Assembly: GCA_000934665.2 (NCBI GenBank)
Contig: KZ538911.1
Coordinates: forward strand, 1 to 40,701
DNA: 40,701 nucleotides
Source: Catajapyx aquilonaris
Lineage: Eukaryota
Direction of reading: 5' to 3'
The position numbers were made by a program, and so were the translations under genes. Shown in pieces: positions 14,054 to 25,148 of the stretch. The stretch's first letter is position 1; each line of letters begins with the position of its first letter. The notes beneath the pieces were generated by a model. That model saw only the letters and a list, made by a program, of their open reading frames with translations, ran no database searches and had not been told where the DNA came from.

Positions 14054-17000
14054 ATATCGTCCAAATGCAGGGCCGGGCAGTGTTGTCAAATTTTAGCAAC
14101 GGATCCACTGCTAGTATATGAAATGTTAGAGGTTAAGTGACCTGCAGTGACTACAGGTTCACATACTGCTTAAGAATTACGGTGCGAAAAAAAAAAACTT
14201 CGGGAAATGTTAACCCGACAGCAATTTCCGAGTGAACGACTGGGCAATTTCCAGGCAATATATCCCCCCCTACCTCTCACATGGATGGAAAACGACAGCG
14301 TCCCTTCGGCGAACGAGCATCGCCACCCTGGAAATTATTCTTCGCAGCAACCTAATTCCGAAATTCATCCCCTTCATCCCAACAGTCATTCCGGCATGCG
14401 TTTCATAAATTATTCTCTCACTAAATTTTATTCCTTCTAATATTCCGGAAAGGGGGCCTTAGGGAGGGAAAGGACCAGACCCAGTTACTTTTGGGGAGTC
14501 AATAGTTTGAGGCCCCATGCTCAGGGAAAACATGGCGGTGTCTTTGATCCTCGCCCACTTGGGTTACCCTCCAAACCTTGTTATATGCAGCGCCACCAAT
14601 TAATATTGCTTGGACCGAACTTCTTGTTGTCATGGGCTCAATTTTGTAAGACACGGACACGTCATACTCAATCCGTCACGTGCCTGCACATTTAAACCGC
14701 CTCATTAAAACATTTTCTAGTGGGGGGAGCTACATAAAGGAAGACTCGTTAATCCTGCAGAGTGTGCCACGCGATGCATATTTTAAGGAGGAGAATTATG
14801 CGGAGAGATGAGCATTTAAAATATAGAGAGCTGCATGATAAATCAAAACTTGGTTATGCGGCTGATGAGAGTATCAATATTGCAGGCCTTGCTTGTGCCT
14901 GCCAGTTCGAATTACTTGGATAATTAAAGCGTCGAAAAGTTTGAGTTAATCATGTTGCTTGGAAAACTAGAGCGTGCATTTTTCATCCCAAAGTTTCACG
15001 CACATAAACACTCACTGGTGCGAGCGTAATGCAATGTGACAGTTTGCATCGATGGTATTCCAAATTCTGAATCTATACATTTATGGCATCAATATATTGA
15101 TCTCATTGATTATTACTTATCTGTTAACAGTAAAACACCGGCTGGTCCACCCACAAAAAAATATCTGGACTATACTACTACCGTGGAATATCTGTATGTC
15201 AGATTACTCTGATAGTCACCTCGAATTATAGTGCAGTACATTTCAATCGCCAAATATAGGAATTCAGCACTGGGAAAATCTGCATAGCCCTATACTTGGT
15301 TCATGGAATCAGCATAATCAATGACAGTATCTAACAATGTAACATAACCTGAAAAAGGGGAAACAGTCATATTTCACAGTTGCTGGACACACACAGGTAC
15401 AGTACAACTTGGATTATTGTTAACTTACAGTTTAGTGTTCAAAGCGTGTAGGTCAACTTTTAGTTTATGATGCATGCAAAGCCATACCGAAGCAGACAGT
15501 GCAGGTCAGCATAATGCACTGAACTGCTGTAAGGCCATTTTCTCAGCACTCATTGTATCAAGGCTATGCATACTCGCACTGCAAACTTACAATGTTTGTT
15601 CTGCTATTGTATTCACAATATGTTGACTTTCAGTCCTCCACTTAATGATAAAGCAAAAAAAAAAGGCATTGTTTCAGAATAAACATCAGGCCACCTTAGG
15701 TCAATGATGCAATTACAAATCGAAAAAAAACTTTGCCGTGCTCTCTAGAGAAATTAATATTCACGTATCTAGGAGGCCCCCAATGACTGTTCCAATTAAT
15801 ACCAATCTTCATGCAATTAAAATCTAAGTGAACTTCAGGAAAGTGCATAGGAAAAAGGCAGGCAAACATTTTCCGGGTCTTCTGACAGTGCTGGTATGCA
15901 TAATAGTGCGGGCCTACACAAATTACACGCATTCAATTTCATATGATATCCTCATTACTGCATTTTTGTCAACATGCCATAATTACACTATGCTCATGAC
16001 CCGCATCAACACTACATTGCAGGATGTCAGCCAATATCATAATTTTTGCACTGATTTAATTAAACCCCTTTAGACATAACATTTCCATCATGTCATGGCG
16101 AGACATTTTTCAGTGAAATTCTGACTGACACTCCACATCGGGGCTAATAAGTATAAAATATATATCCCATTAAATGGAAGCACCTGTCTTTCTTTCACTG
16201 CATATATTGTTAACTTTCACTTCGTCATCCAGCCCTTGAGAATGGCATCATCTGAAACTTAAACTGCTTGTCACTTGCGCCTCGTCTGCCTCTGTGCAAT
16301 TTATCCCATTTTACAAATGCCTATCACCTTCCTATCTATTCCCAGGAGCCTATTCCATCACACCAGCAAAATCCCTTAACCCTCATCCAGCCGTTAACTT
16401 TCTGCTCCGCATCTGTAGAATTTTAGAAACAAAATGGGCTCCAACTAGGTTTTATCTCACCGACCTTCCCCATAAAAGTGCTAATGTTCATTTATTTTAC
16501 GGATGGCACAGCACACATCACATGGCTTAAAAACGTTATTTTGGCCTCAACAATTTCATATTCATGCACTACTTTGGGACAATGGACGTTTAATGCAATG
16601 GGCAACTTTACCATGATCCACACATTCACTTTAATCAAAACTAATATTTTTGAGTGTGCATGTATAATTTTACGGCACTGATCCAGCTCCCTCTTGGATC
16701 CTGATGATCCCAACGTTAATAATAGGAGCAAACATACTCAGCTTTGAACCAGGTCGTGCTTTAAAAAAAATTATCTATGCAGGATTCCACTTTTAGAGTG
16801 GGCTATAAGAAATTTCATAAGTGTAAGTCCAAATACCTCAATAACAAAAGAGGTTGTCACAATCTACTTTCCTTTTTATAACTATGGGCACATCATCTAC
16901 TTGTTTTACATAAAATTCACGCCAGTCAGTAAATCAGTCATTGTTATACTGCAGTTATTTGCACAGATTGACATTTAAATTATGGCCACAATCGACATAT

Positions 17001-17331
17001 GGCACCAGCCTGAATAGCTTATTAAAACTTGTAAAATCATTACAGAGATGGGACATCAATTTCAGCAATTTTCTCCCTCATTACATTAACAAAATAATAT
17101 ACCACTGCAACATTTGAACCACAAATGAATTCTGACCAATCTCTATTTTGTAATTACTTATCACATCCTCCTGCACTACTTTTAACTGTTTTAAGTGCCT
17201 TACATGATACTGCATTACAGCTCTAACTGTAGAGTAGCAAAGCTGTCAACAGCAACAGAAAGTGCTGTATGACTCCCACTGTATGTGGGAGTGCTCGGAT
17301 AAAAGAGGAATTAGAGCATACAGTAAGTACT

Positions 17332-17492
17332 TTTTTCTTTCGCATTTTTCTCTCCGGTGTGAGGAGGGGAGACTGGTGCAAGTGCGTTGCCTTTATGTTG
17401 GGGGTCAGGTTGCAATACAACCCCCTGGGTGTGAACCAGGACCTCCCGATTAGCAGTCGGACACCTTATCCACTCCACCAACCTGCTTCGGT
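17332..17492 (-). mobile_element. Short tRNA-derived SINE with A-rich tail and 11-bp TSD
   Basis: Head accgaagca..tccgactgctaatcgggaggtcctggtt shared with the 13756 copy. TSD cagtaagtact at 17321-31 and 17493-503. Confidence 0.85.
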
Positions 17493-18016
17493 CAGTAAGT
17501 ACTGTAGGTATTACTGTAACATCTCTTGGTATTCTTGCATTAGCATTAAAGCGGCATACTACTGCACTGCAGGTTCACAGCAACTAAGCCCACCCAACAC
17601 AAAAAACTACTCCTTCACACTACAGTTACACACAGCCTGCTTCATCTCCAAATGTGTCAGACATCATAATTACCTACGAATTATTATGCAAAGAGCCTGC
17701 CACATTTAGAAAGTAACTTCCGTGTGTGGGGCAATCAACCAAAAAAATTAATGTCTGATCAAATTCAGTCAAGTGCAAGAGAGTTTTAATTTTTCTCACG
17801 TTTGATTGAAAAACGTGCATGGGAGCAACAACAAAATACTAAAGTCGCCATATTACATTGATTGTGCACCAGCAGTGTCTAACCACTGTCAGATGCAGTA
17901 TGTGGTAGTGCTCTTGCAGATAATTTTTCCAATTAAATTTTACTGCCTTCCTTAACCACATTCCTTTAATACAAAACATGCACCATTGGAATGTTTTTTT
18001 TTGCCATCATCTGGTA

Positions 18017-18179
18017 CAGTGTTGGACATTAATCGAGGCATAGTGCTAGCCACATTTTCCGAAGCGGCAGAAGAAGGAATCTTGCTCGCCCGGTTTGCAC
18101 TATCCTTATCTTCGATTCCTTCTTCTGCCGCTTCGGAAAATGTCACTAGCACTATGCCTCGATTATATGTCCAGCACTG
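18017..18179. mobile_element. Tc1/mariner-type MITE
   Basis: TA|CAGTG...CACTG|TA with about 65-bp near-perfect TIRs. Confidence 0.88.
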
Positions 18180-18632
18180 TACACTGTAATGAAACGAGCT
18201 CATGTTCACAACTATGACAAACCTTTTCAAGGTTCACGTCCTGTGTCAAAAGAAGAAGTTGCACAAGCCATACTCTCCAAAATGCAGGCTTTCATAACCA
18301 GAATTTCCAACCAGATGTAAATTAAGAGGTGTTTCAAAGAAATATATTTTGAGCCCTATGGAAGGACCCATTCCAGAATTGGTTATACCATAGTATCCAA
18401 ATATTTCGAGACTGTTGAAAATAACGTTAAATGAAAGTAGCAAAACTGAGATTTTTTCTATTGCCTAGGCCTCTATGGTTATTCCAAGTTTGAAAGTGAT
18501 GAATTTTTAATAAGTCTTTTTTGTGAGATTCAATAAGAATATGAAAGTCACGAAATTGCAATTTTGTGGCTGTTAAAATGGCTGGGATACAAAATTCCCA
18601 TAATTTACGTCTCAAGCAGAGAATACCTCATA

Positions 18633-18793
18633 CGAGATGGTCTAGTCTAGTGGTTAGGCATTAAGGTGGCTATTCAGGAGGTCCTGGGTTCCATGCCAGC
18701 GCTAGCCAGACTCTGGCTTTCTATGATGAGTTTCCTGTGAGCAATTCCAAGTTGGTTTCCTTCACATAATGGCCACTTCTGTCTACTTTCCTT
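18633..18793 (+). mobile_element. Old degenerate tRNA-derived SINE related to the 13756 family
   Basis: tagtctagtggttagg..ggaggtcctgggttc..aattcc..gttggtttcct..ggccac. Confidence 0.55.
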
Positions 18794-19276
18794 TACAGTG
18801 CCTTACAAATTGAGTTAATTACCATTAATGTGTCCTTCGTAGCCTGGTTCACCATTACATGGTAAGGCTCAGAAGCCACACAGGTATGTAACACCGAATC
18901 TCTACGATTCAACCATTTTTTCGTCCTCATGCCTGCTACTTTCTGCCCAGATCCCAGGGTGCCAAATTTATGGAATGGCATTATTGCAGCACGTAGTCAT
19001 ATGCAGAATTGTCTTTGCTGAGAGGCACTTGATGAGTTAGAATGTGCACCACTATCACTCTTCAATATCCTGACCAACCACTATACACATGTACACTTTC
19101 ATCCTCTCTGTTATCTTTGCCTAGGCTATATGGAAAGGCACAAATAAACCCATTAGTGCTTTTTGTTACTTCGTCACTGTATGTTAAAGCCATATAGCGA
19201 CAGTAAAATAATTTTCCCAAATGAGGGACGGTCATCAGGGACCAGATTAACGTCAGTTGCACAAATAATGCAACAG

Positions 19277-19394
19277 CCCCCCTGATGGTATCTCCACCTT
19301 GCCATGGTGGGAGGCTCGTGTTTCTCTAGCGACCCACTTGTGGTAACTTCGTCTACTGGCAGGGTCACTCAAGCCTGGAAAGGTCCTTGTGGGG
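19277..19394 (+). repeat. RTE-LINE 5' UTR-like dispersed repeat, copy 2
   Basis: Homologous to 5899-6018. Confidence 0.5.
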
Positions 19395-20939
19395 TAGTAT
19401 TGTGTCATGATGACTGTCACCATTCCGCATATAGAAATTTCTTTCCTGTCTCCTTTCTTTCTGAAAAAATACGCAGCAACGTAGATCCATCCAAACCACT
19501 GACGTACTACCACTTCTTTAATTTGAGAGGAATCCTCAAATTTTATCCCTGACGTGACAGGCTCTATCCTTGAGCACTTTTCTATCGGATGATATACTTC
19601 CCTCCCTGCCTGTACGGCTACCTACAAGATCCAAAGCTAGCCAATATCAAACCACAGAAAATATTACTTTCAAATGTAACTATGTCTGCTGAACATGCTG
19701 TGCTTGTCACATGTGTTAAACATTTACACGGGCATTATCAAAGGACATATTTCATCAAACTGCCTGCATAAAAAGCCAAATCTCAAGTGGGATATGGGAA
19801 TAAGATTTCACATGGACTCTACCTTTCGCCTAGAACCCATTACTACCTGAATGAAGTTCACCTGGTTGTCTAATTCACTTATGTAATTATCTATAAATAA
19901 CCTGTGAGCATTCATATCCGATTGATCCCCATGAGAACCACAGTCGCTCGGTCAGTAGCTTCTCATATACCACGGTACGTAAGGTCAGCAGAGTGATTGT
20001 TATGGGTCACCTAGCCAAAAATTGCACTGGAAATGCAAGGGGAAGTACACGCTACAAAAGTTCCACACGTCATCGATATAAGCCATAAATACAATGAAAC
20101 CATGCCCTTCGGTCTGCACACAATGAAAATTTGTCCACTAAATGAAATGTTGATTTTAAGTGTACTATGATGGATTATTTCAGCCAATTTTTGGCATGCA
20201 TCATGAAAACCTCAGCTATCTCATGATCATATACCATCCGGAAATCATGATCATCTCGGGGAAAAATCCTGATTTTAGTGATGTGTGTGAACGGCCTTAG
20301 TGGGAAAGATTACACGCAATAGAAATCATTCCGTCTAATAAGTACACCCTAAACTATCAGGTCAAAGCATCTTTTGCTTCTTATCCTATACACGCAGGTG
20401 TCATTTACACATGAATTATAATACAGTCAAACTTCCCTAAGTCAAAGTGCATCTTATTTGCTGCCAACGTTTACGAGAGCTTAACATCACTGGATTTAAA
20501 CAACCAGGATATATGGTTAACCTGCTTCTAAGTTATCGTTGTTCCATTCTTCTACTAGACCCCCGTGTTCTCCGCACCATTGTCCGTCCAGCCGCACTTC
20601 ATCTGAGCAACTGTACAGTACTGTTCAACTGTGAATTAAGCACAATATTATTAAACTTACCAGGCTGCTCTTTTTCTTCTTATTATTCTTTTTTTTTGGA
20701 GAGAATCCACCACACCCCTTATTAGAACAGGACCGAAGGGGGCTGAATGATGAGTGGGGCGGGTCGAGCCCCTCTGGCCCCTGCTTGGTTTGGAACAAAC
20801 ACCCGGAATCAGACCACCATCATCTCTGCTGCCCCTTTTCCGATCAGTGGAACCCGGTTTTTGCACTAGTATTTTTTTCTCTTCTAAATTTTTTTTTCAC
20901 TTGTTCAAGTCACTACAAGTACAAGAGGCACACAACATG

Positions 20940-21330
20940 ATGTGACGTCACAAGCACCCCCACCTCCACCCCTTCCCATCCTCCCCCACCACTTTCAGAC
21001 TAAGGTGCGTTCGCTTTAGAAATTAACTTACATATACTATTCAACGCTATAACCAACCAATCATATCACTGTACATCCCTATGCACATGCGCTGTCACAT
21101 CACAACTGGAGTGTGTGAACCACTCTGGCGGGATTTGTTAAAAGGTTAGGACGCCGCCATGTTGCAGCGCTAACAGTCACGTGATGTGATTCATGCTGTC
21201 TTATTGGTCCACAAGCGTAGGATTTGCAATATGGCGGCCGCCTTGTAGCTTCCAAGAGGCTTCAATATGGATGAGCTGTTGGCGCCCTTGTTTGAATTGG
21301 CAACGTTGGCAAGATGGCGCCTAATTTGGA
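20940..21330. promoter_or_regulatory. Promoter-like motif cluster
   Basis: TGACGTCA (20943-50); C-rich tract (20956-20990); YY1-type motifs in both orientations (GCCGCCATGTT 21153-63, AATATGGCGGC 21228-38, AAGATGGCG 21311-19); GTCACGTGA (21176-84); ATTGG (21203-07); CpG-rich relative to flanks. Confidence 0.5.
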
Positions 21331-21933
21331 AAACTAGTTGGTTCTTATTTTAAGGTTTTGCTTGTAAATCTGGCTGTAAATCTGGCTTGTAAATCTGTAA
21401 ATCTGGGCGTAAAGGTGACACAGGGAGGGCTGCACAGTCGATGTGGGAAATGTATGGTAAAACCCGAGTAAAACTATAAAGTACAACAACGCCAGAAATT
21501 GGGTATAAATTTTGAGAGTGACTAAAATAATAGTTTATTTCTTTCTGTGTACAATAAAAAATATACTGGGAGTTTCAATATCACAAACTGTCATTCCTAC
21601 TACTAACTAAATACCTCAGGTACTAAATTTCACACCTCATGATTGTCTGTAATCATGCCATGATTAATTTCAGAAATAGCACCTGACTTAATGACACATC
21701 TACAATGTAACATTGCTTCTCAGGATTACGCTGGGTAAATTTTAAAAAAATTGTGTGCATTTAACTTGCACTATATGCTTTGTAACACAGTACAAACTGA
21801 TGAAATGTTGCGTCAGGTAATATTTGTACTATATGGATTCTTTGGCTTTAGATGTCTGGCAACTAACAATCAACTGGGATGGCACATGGCAGACATTCAC
21901 AGCCCAAAATATTAAGAAAAAATCAACGTAAAA

Positions 21934-22049
21934 ATAAAGGCAAAAAAAAGTTGTTAAAAATTTGCGTAAACCGAGTTATCAATTTTCAATGTAGATAAAG
22001 GCAAAGAATAATCGTTAAAAATGTGTGTAAAGTGAGTTATCAATTTTCA
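21934..22049. repeat. 61-bp imperfect tandem duplication in the paralog 3' UTR
   Basis: ataaaggcaaa..gttaaaaat..gtaaa..gagttatcaattttca at 21934 and 21995. Confidence 0.8.
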
Positions 22050-22236
22050 CTGGGGAATGCTTGTAACCGGTGCTTTCTCAACATGCTGCTAGAAGAGTCT
22101 GGCATGATGTCATTCACGGCGGGAAAGTTCTCCAGACATCTGCAAATAAATATCAAAATGTATTAATTTTAGTGTGTGCAACTTTTTTAACATTATAAAA
22201 AATGAAACCTTGCAGACACTTACCAAATGTTCAGTC

Positions 22237-22270
22237 TTACAGCAAAGAGCAGCTCTTCTTAGGGGACAAA
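22237..22270 (-). CDS. Paralog terminal coding exon (Y)LSPKKSCSLL*; exon continues to a donor after 22224
   Basis: ttaattccccag| acceptor and TTG|gtaagt donor; next acceptor tttatttgcag| at 22139; AATAAA at 21539-21534. Confidence 0.62.
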
Positions 22271-23945
22271 CTGGGGAATTAAATAAAATATGTTTTCATT
22301 GTTATTAATGTATTAGCCTTGAATCACTGTCAGTCTAGGAAGCTTAATAATGTGCATGAAGTACTGTACTCCTTTCTTAGGAAATATTCTAAGTGATTCA
22401 AAGCAATAAAACAATTTCAATGGTATAGTAGCAATCATGCTTACTACTGCTGCACTTTTTCCATGATCCCTTCATACATTTCGTTGATCCTCTCCATGTT
22501 GGTTTCCTTCCCTACAATTACTACCTTGGGTCCCCTCCGAGGTTTAGTAGCGTCATATACTTCAACATCAAGACCAACGTTAGACAGTTTCAGTTGCTTC
22601 TTGAGGTGGGTAACCGAGTGCATCCAGGGTAACTCAAAAGTTAACATCACTGGCTGCATGCCAATGAGCAGCGACCTGGCCGTAATCACATCATCAACCT
22701 GGCCAGTGATGTTCACCAGGCTCTTCTTCACTGGAGGCAGGGAATCATTCGTGGGATCATTACTGTCTATGACAGTGTGGGTGTCCTCCATCAGCTTCTG
22801 AAGGTTGCATCTACCTGGCCCCATGATGAAGGAGTGGTATTTGAGGCGGATGTCCAAAATGTTGCGAGCAACCTTTTTTGGGGGGGAAAAAAGTTCATTG
22901 TCAGTAAATAATTTTGCCACTTCAGTTACTTTAATTCTTACTGTCTGAATCCCCAGCTCCTCCATGATGTGCTTAACGGCCATCGCCACATTTTGTGCCA
23001 TCATCTGAACTCCCTGAACCATGATCAGAATCTGAGTTGGAGGTCTTGTGGAAAATTTAACCTGCCAAGAAAAAGTGCAACAATTTTAGTTGAGTTGATA
23101 ATTTTCCTTAGCTATGGCAAAATGTACTTTAACAGATATATTATCTTCTTGTCTGACAACCTTTAACAGCAACACGTCTTACTAATTAGTACTGTATGTA
23201 TGCAATAATTACCTCAACTTCGTATATTCTTTCCATGACGACTGCAAATGCCTGGAAAATATGTTCATTGGGCCAGGCCGCGAAGAAAACTGGAGCATCC
23301 ACAAGAAACCGGATGACCAGGGGGCTGATCATCTAATGATAGAAATAACACTAATTAGTTCTTCCCCAAAATATTAATTATTATTTATGCTTGGAAAAAA
23401 AATGTGTGTGTGAGAGAGAGAAACAGTTACATTTTCAATCTGAGGTTGAAAGATTCCTTTGATCCCATTGAGATATTTAACATACCCGGATAACCTTGCG
23501 TGACACGTTCAGGGCATGCAGGTCACATCCTGCGATGACAACTCGGTTGTTCTTCTCCCAGACATCCATCTTGTTGGTATCTGCGAAGTGGATGGAACAT
23601 CCTGTCCACTGGCATATTGTCCGGACTCGCCATCCATTTTGGCCAATAAGTCCTGGGTGCTCATTGTAGGGTACTTCCATCTTCAGCCTTAGATGGCTCT
23701 GAATATTACGCACACTCTGTTGCTACAGAATTGTTCATAAAGTATGACACATTGTTTTTCTGCTACACTTCAGCAAGTCTAGGAAAATGTTCACCAACTC
23801 ATTCAAACATTTTAAATAAATTTTAAGCTTGCCATTACATCAAACGCACCTAATCAGATACCAAGTGACATAATTTTGGATGTCACCTTAATTAATGTAT
23901 AATTAGGTGTCATAAGATACTCACACGGCTTCTCTGGCCATCCAT
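22237..23945 (-). CDS. Divergent SAM-less Bicaudal-C paralog (KH2-KHL1-KH3-KHL2 only), about 319 aa, predicted C-terminus PKKSCSLL*
   Basis: Exons (minus): 23945-23925, 23722-23486, 23332-23213, 23061-22942, 22872-22445, 22270-22237 = 960 nt, open and phase-compatible. LKMEVPYNEHPGLIGQNG..GCSIHFADTN..EKNNRVVIAG, ISPLVIRF, KKSLVNITG..ARSLLIGMQPVMLTFELP align colinearly with the neighbouring BicC. The first and last exons are less certain than the core. Confidence 0.85.
22445..23061 (-). CDS. BicC-like paralog exons 23061-22942 and 22872-22445 (separated by an in-frame 69-nt intron)
   Basis: ORF track 22444..23022; counterparts of BicC exons 7 and 8+9. Confidence 0.9.
23213..23332 (-). CDS. 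BicC-like paralog exon (MISPLVIRF...RIYEVE)
   Basis: cattag| and GAG|gtaatt, 120 nt; counterpart of BicC exon 6. Confidence 0.88.
23486..23722 (-). CDS. BicC-like paralog KH2 exon
   Basis: ctgtag| and CGG|gtatgt, 237 nt; counterpart of BicC exon 5. Confidence 0.9.
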
Positions 23946-25148
23946 GATACATGCATAAAGTGGGCTAGAACGGAAAACAATTACATCATTTATGTATTAA
24001 TAATTTTTTAATGTGCACTGTAGCTTAGCATGCAAGTCACTATAGTTGAAAACCTAATACGGCAAATTATTTTTTAAATAATTACTTCGCATGCAATGAT
24101 GAAGAATCAGGATTTTTTTTTTAAAAAAAAAGTTCGGTGCACTTGTGGTCATGTGTTCTATGTGTGAAAGGTAGCAAATGTATCAAAAAAAATCTTTAAT
24201 AAAAAGGAACCTATTGAAATGAGTTAAATGGAATCTCTCTCTCGAAAAAAAACTGCAGTTTCTACCAGTACCTTTCGTCGCCTCGAAAATGAAAAATGAA
24301 AAAAAAAAGCAGAGACGTTTCTACAACCTGCATAATTATGCAGTATGCCTCTCGTTTATCGTCAATTTTCGCGGTTCTTTTCGTTATCGTTAATTACGGA
24401 CAAGCAGTGGTGTACTGCCCTGATGTAAACGAATTACTTGTCAGATCACAACATGCCAAAATTTTTATCCTACATTTTTTTCCGAGAGGTTTTACCTACT
24501 TTCCAACAGTACACCTGATTTTTACAATATTACCATTCATTACCCGAAATAATGACGACAAGTAAAACTAACCAGGCTTTTCAGATTTGGTATGTCCTCT
24601 TCGAGACGTCAAGCACACTACCTTTCTCATGGACGATGGACTACTGAACTTTTGAATTGAGAAGCCAGTAACACATATCTGAAGTTTTACTCGAGTTCCC
24701 ACGCTTTTCCCGACCTTCCCATTGGTCCTTCGGAAAATCGCGTCGAAAAACAACGCCAGATGATTTCGGCGCAGCTTCGGAGGTCGCTTACCTTTTGGTC
24801 CACATGTGGTAAAGGTAAATATATATAAAGGACGCGGGAATTTGACCGACAAAGAAGCCGATCTTCTGTTGATTCCCACCTTTTGATTATAACCTCTGCA
24901 GGTGAGAAACTTGGTGAGCAGGTGAGGAAAAAAATAAGTTATGACGCATTTACTTTTGGCAAATAATCTCGGGATAGGTATCGTAATTTAATGGTGATTA
25001 TCTTTTAATTCAACAGGTGTACAGTACATCACTGGTGAAGTTGAGCTCAGCATGACCTGCGACATTGGAGGGGTCAAAAAAAAAAGAAGCCAAAGACGAT
25101 GTACGTACTCGGACAAATCCAAAAATCACTTAAAACCAATTGGCACAT

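Noticed and set aside
16700..16735. Hammerhead-like CTGATGA motif (also at 7524, 14862 and minus 2871)
   Set aside because: No stem II closed by G-C followed by GAAA, and no stems I/III.
17952..18230. Overlapping ORFs with mirrored peptides (also 4706-4981)
   Set aside because: Artefacts of palindromic MITEs.
20111..20300. Possible Harbinger-type MITE ending gtgtgaacggcc|tta
   Set aside because: The matching left TIR is too degenerate to support a call.
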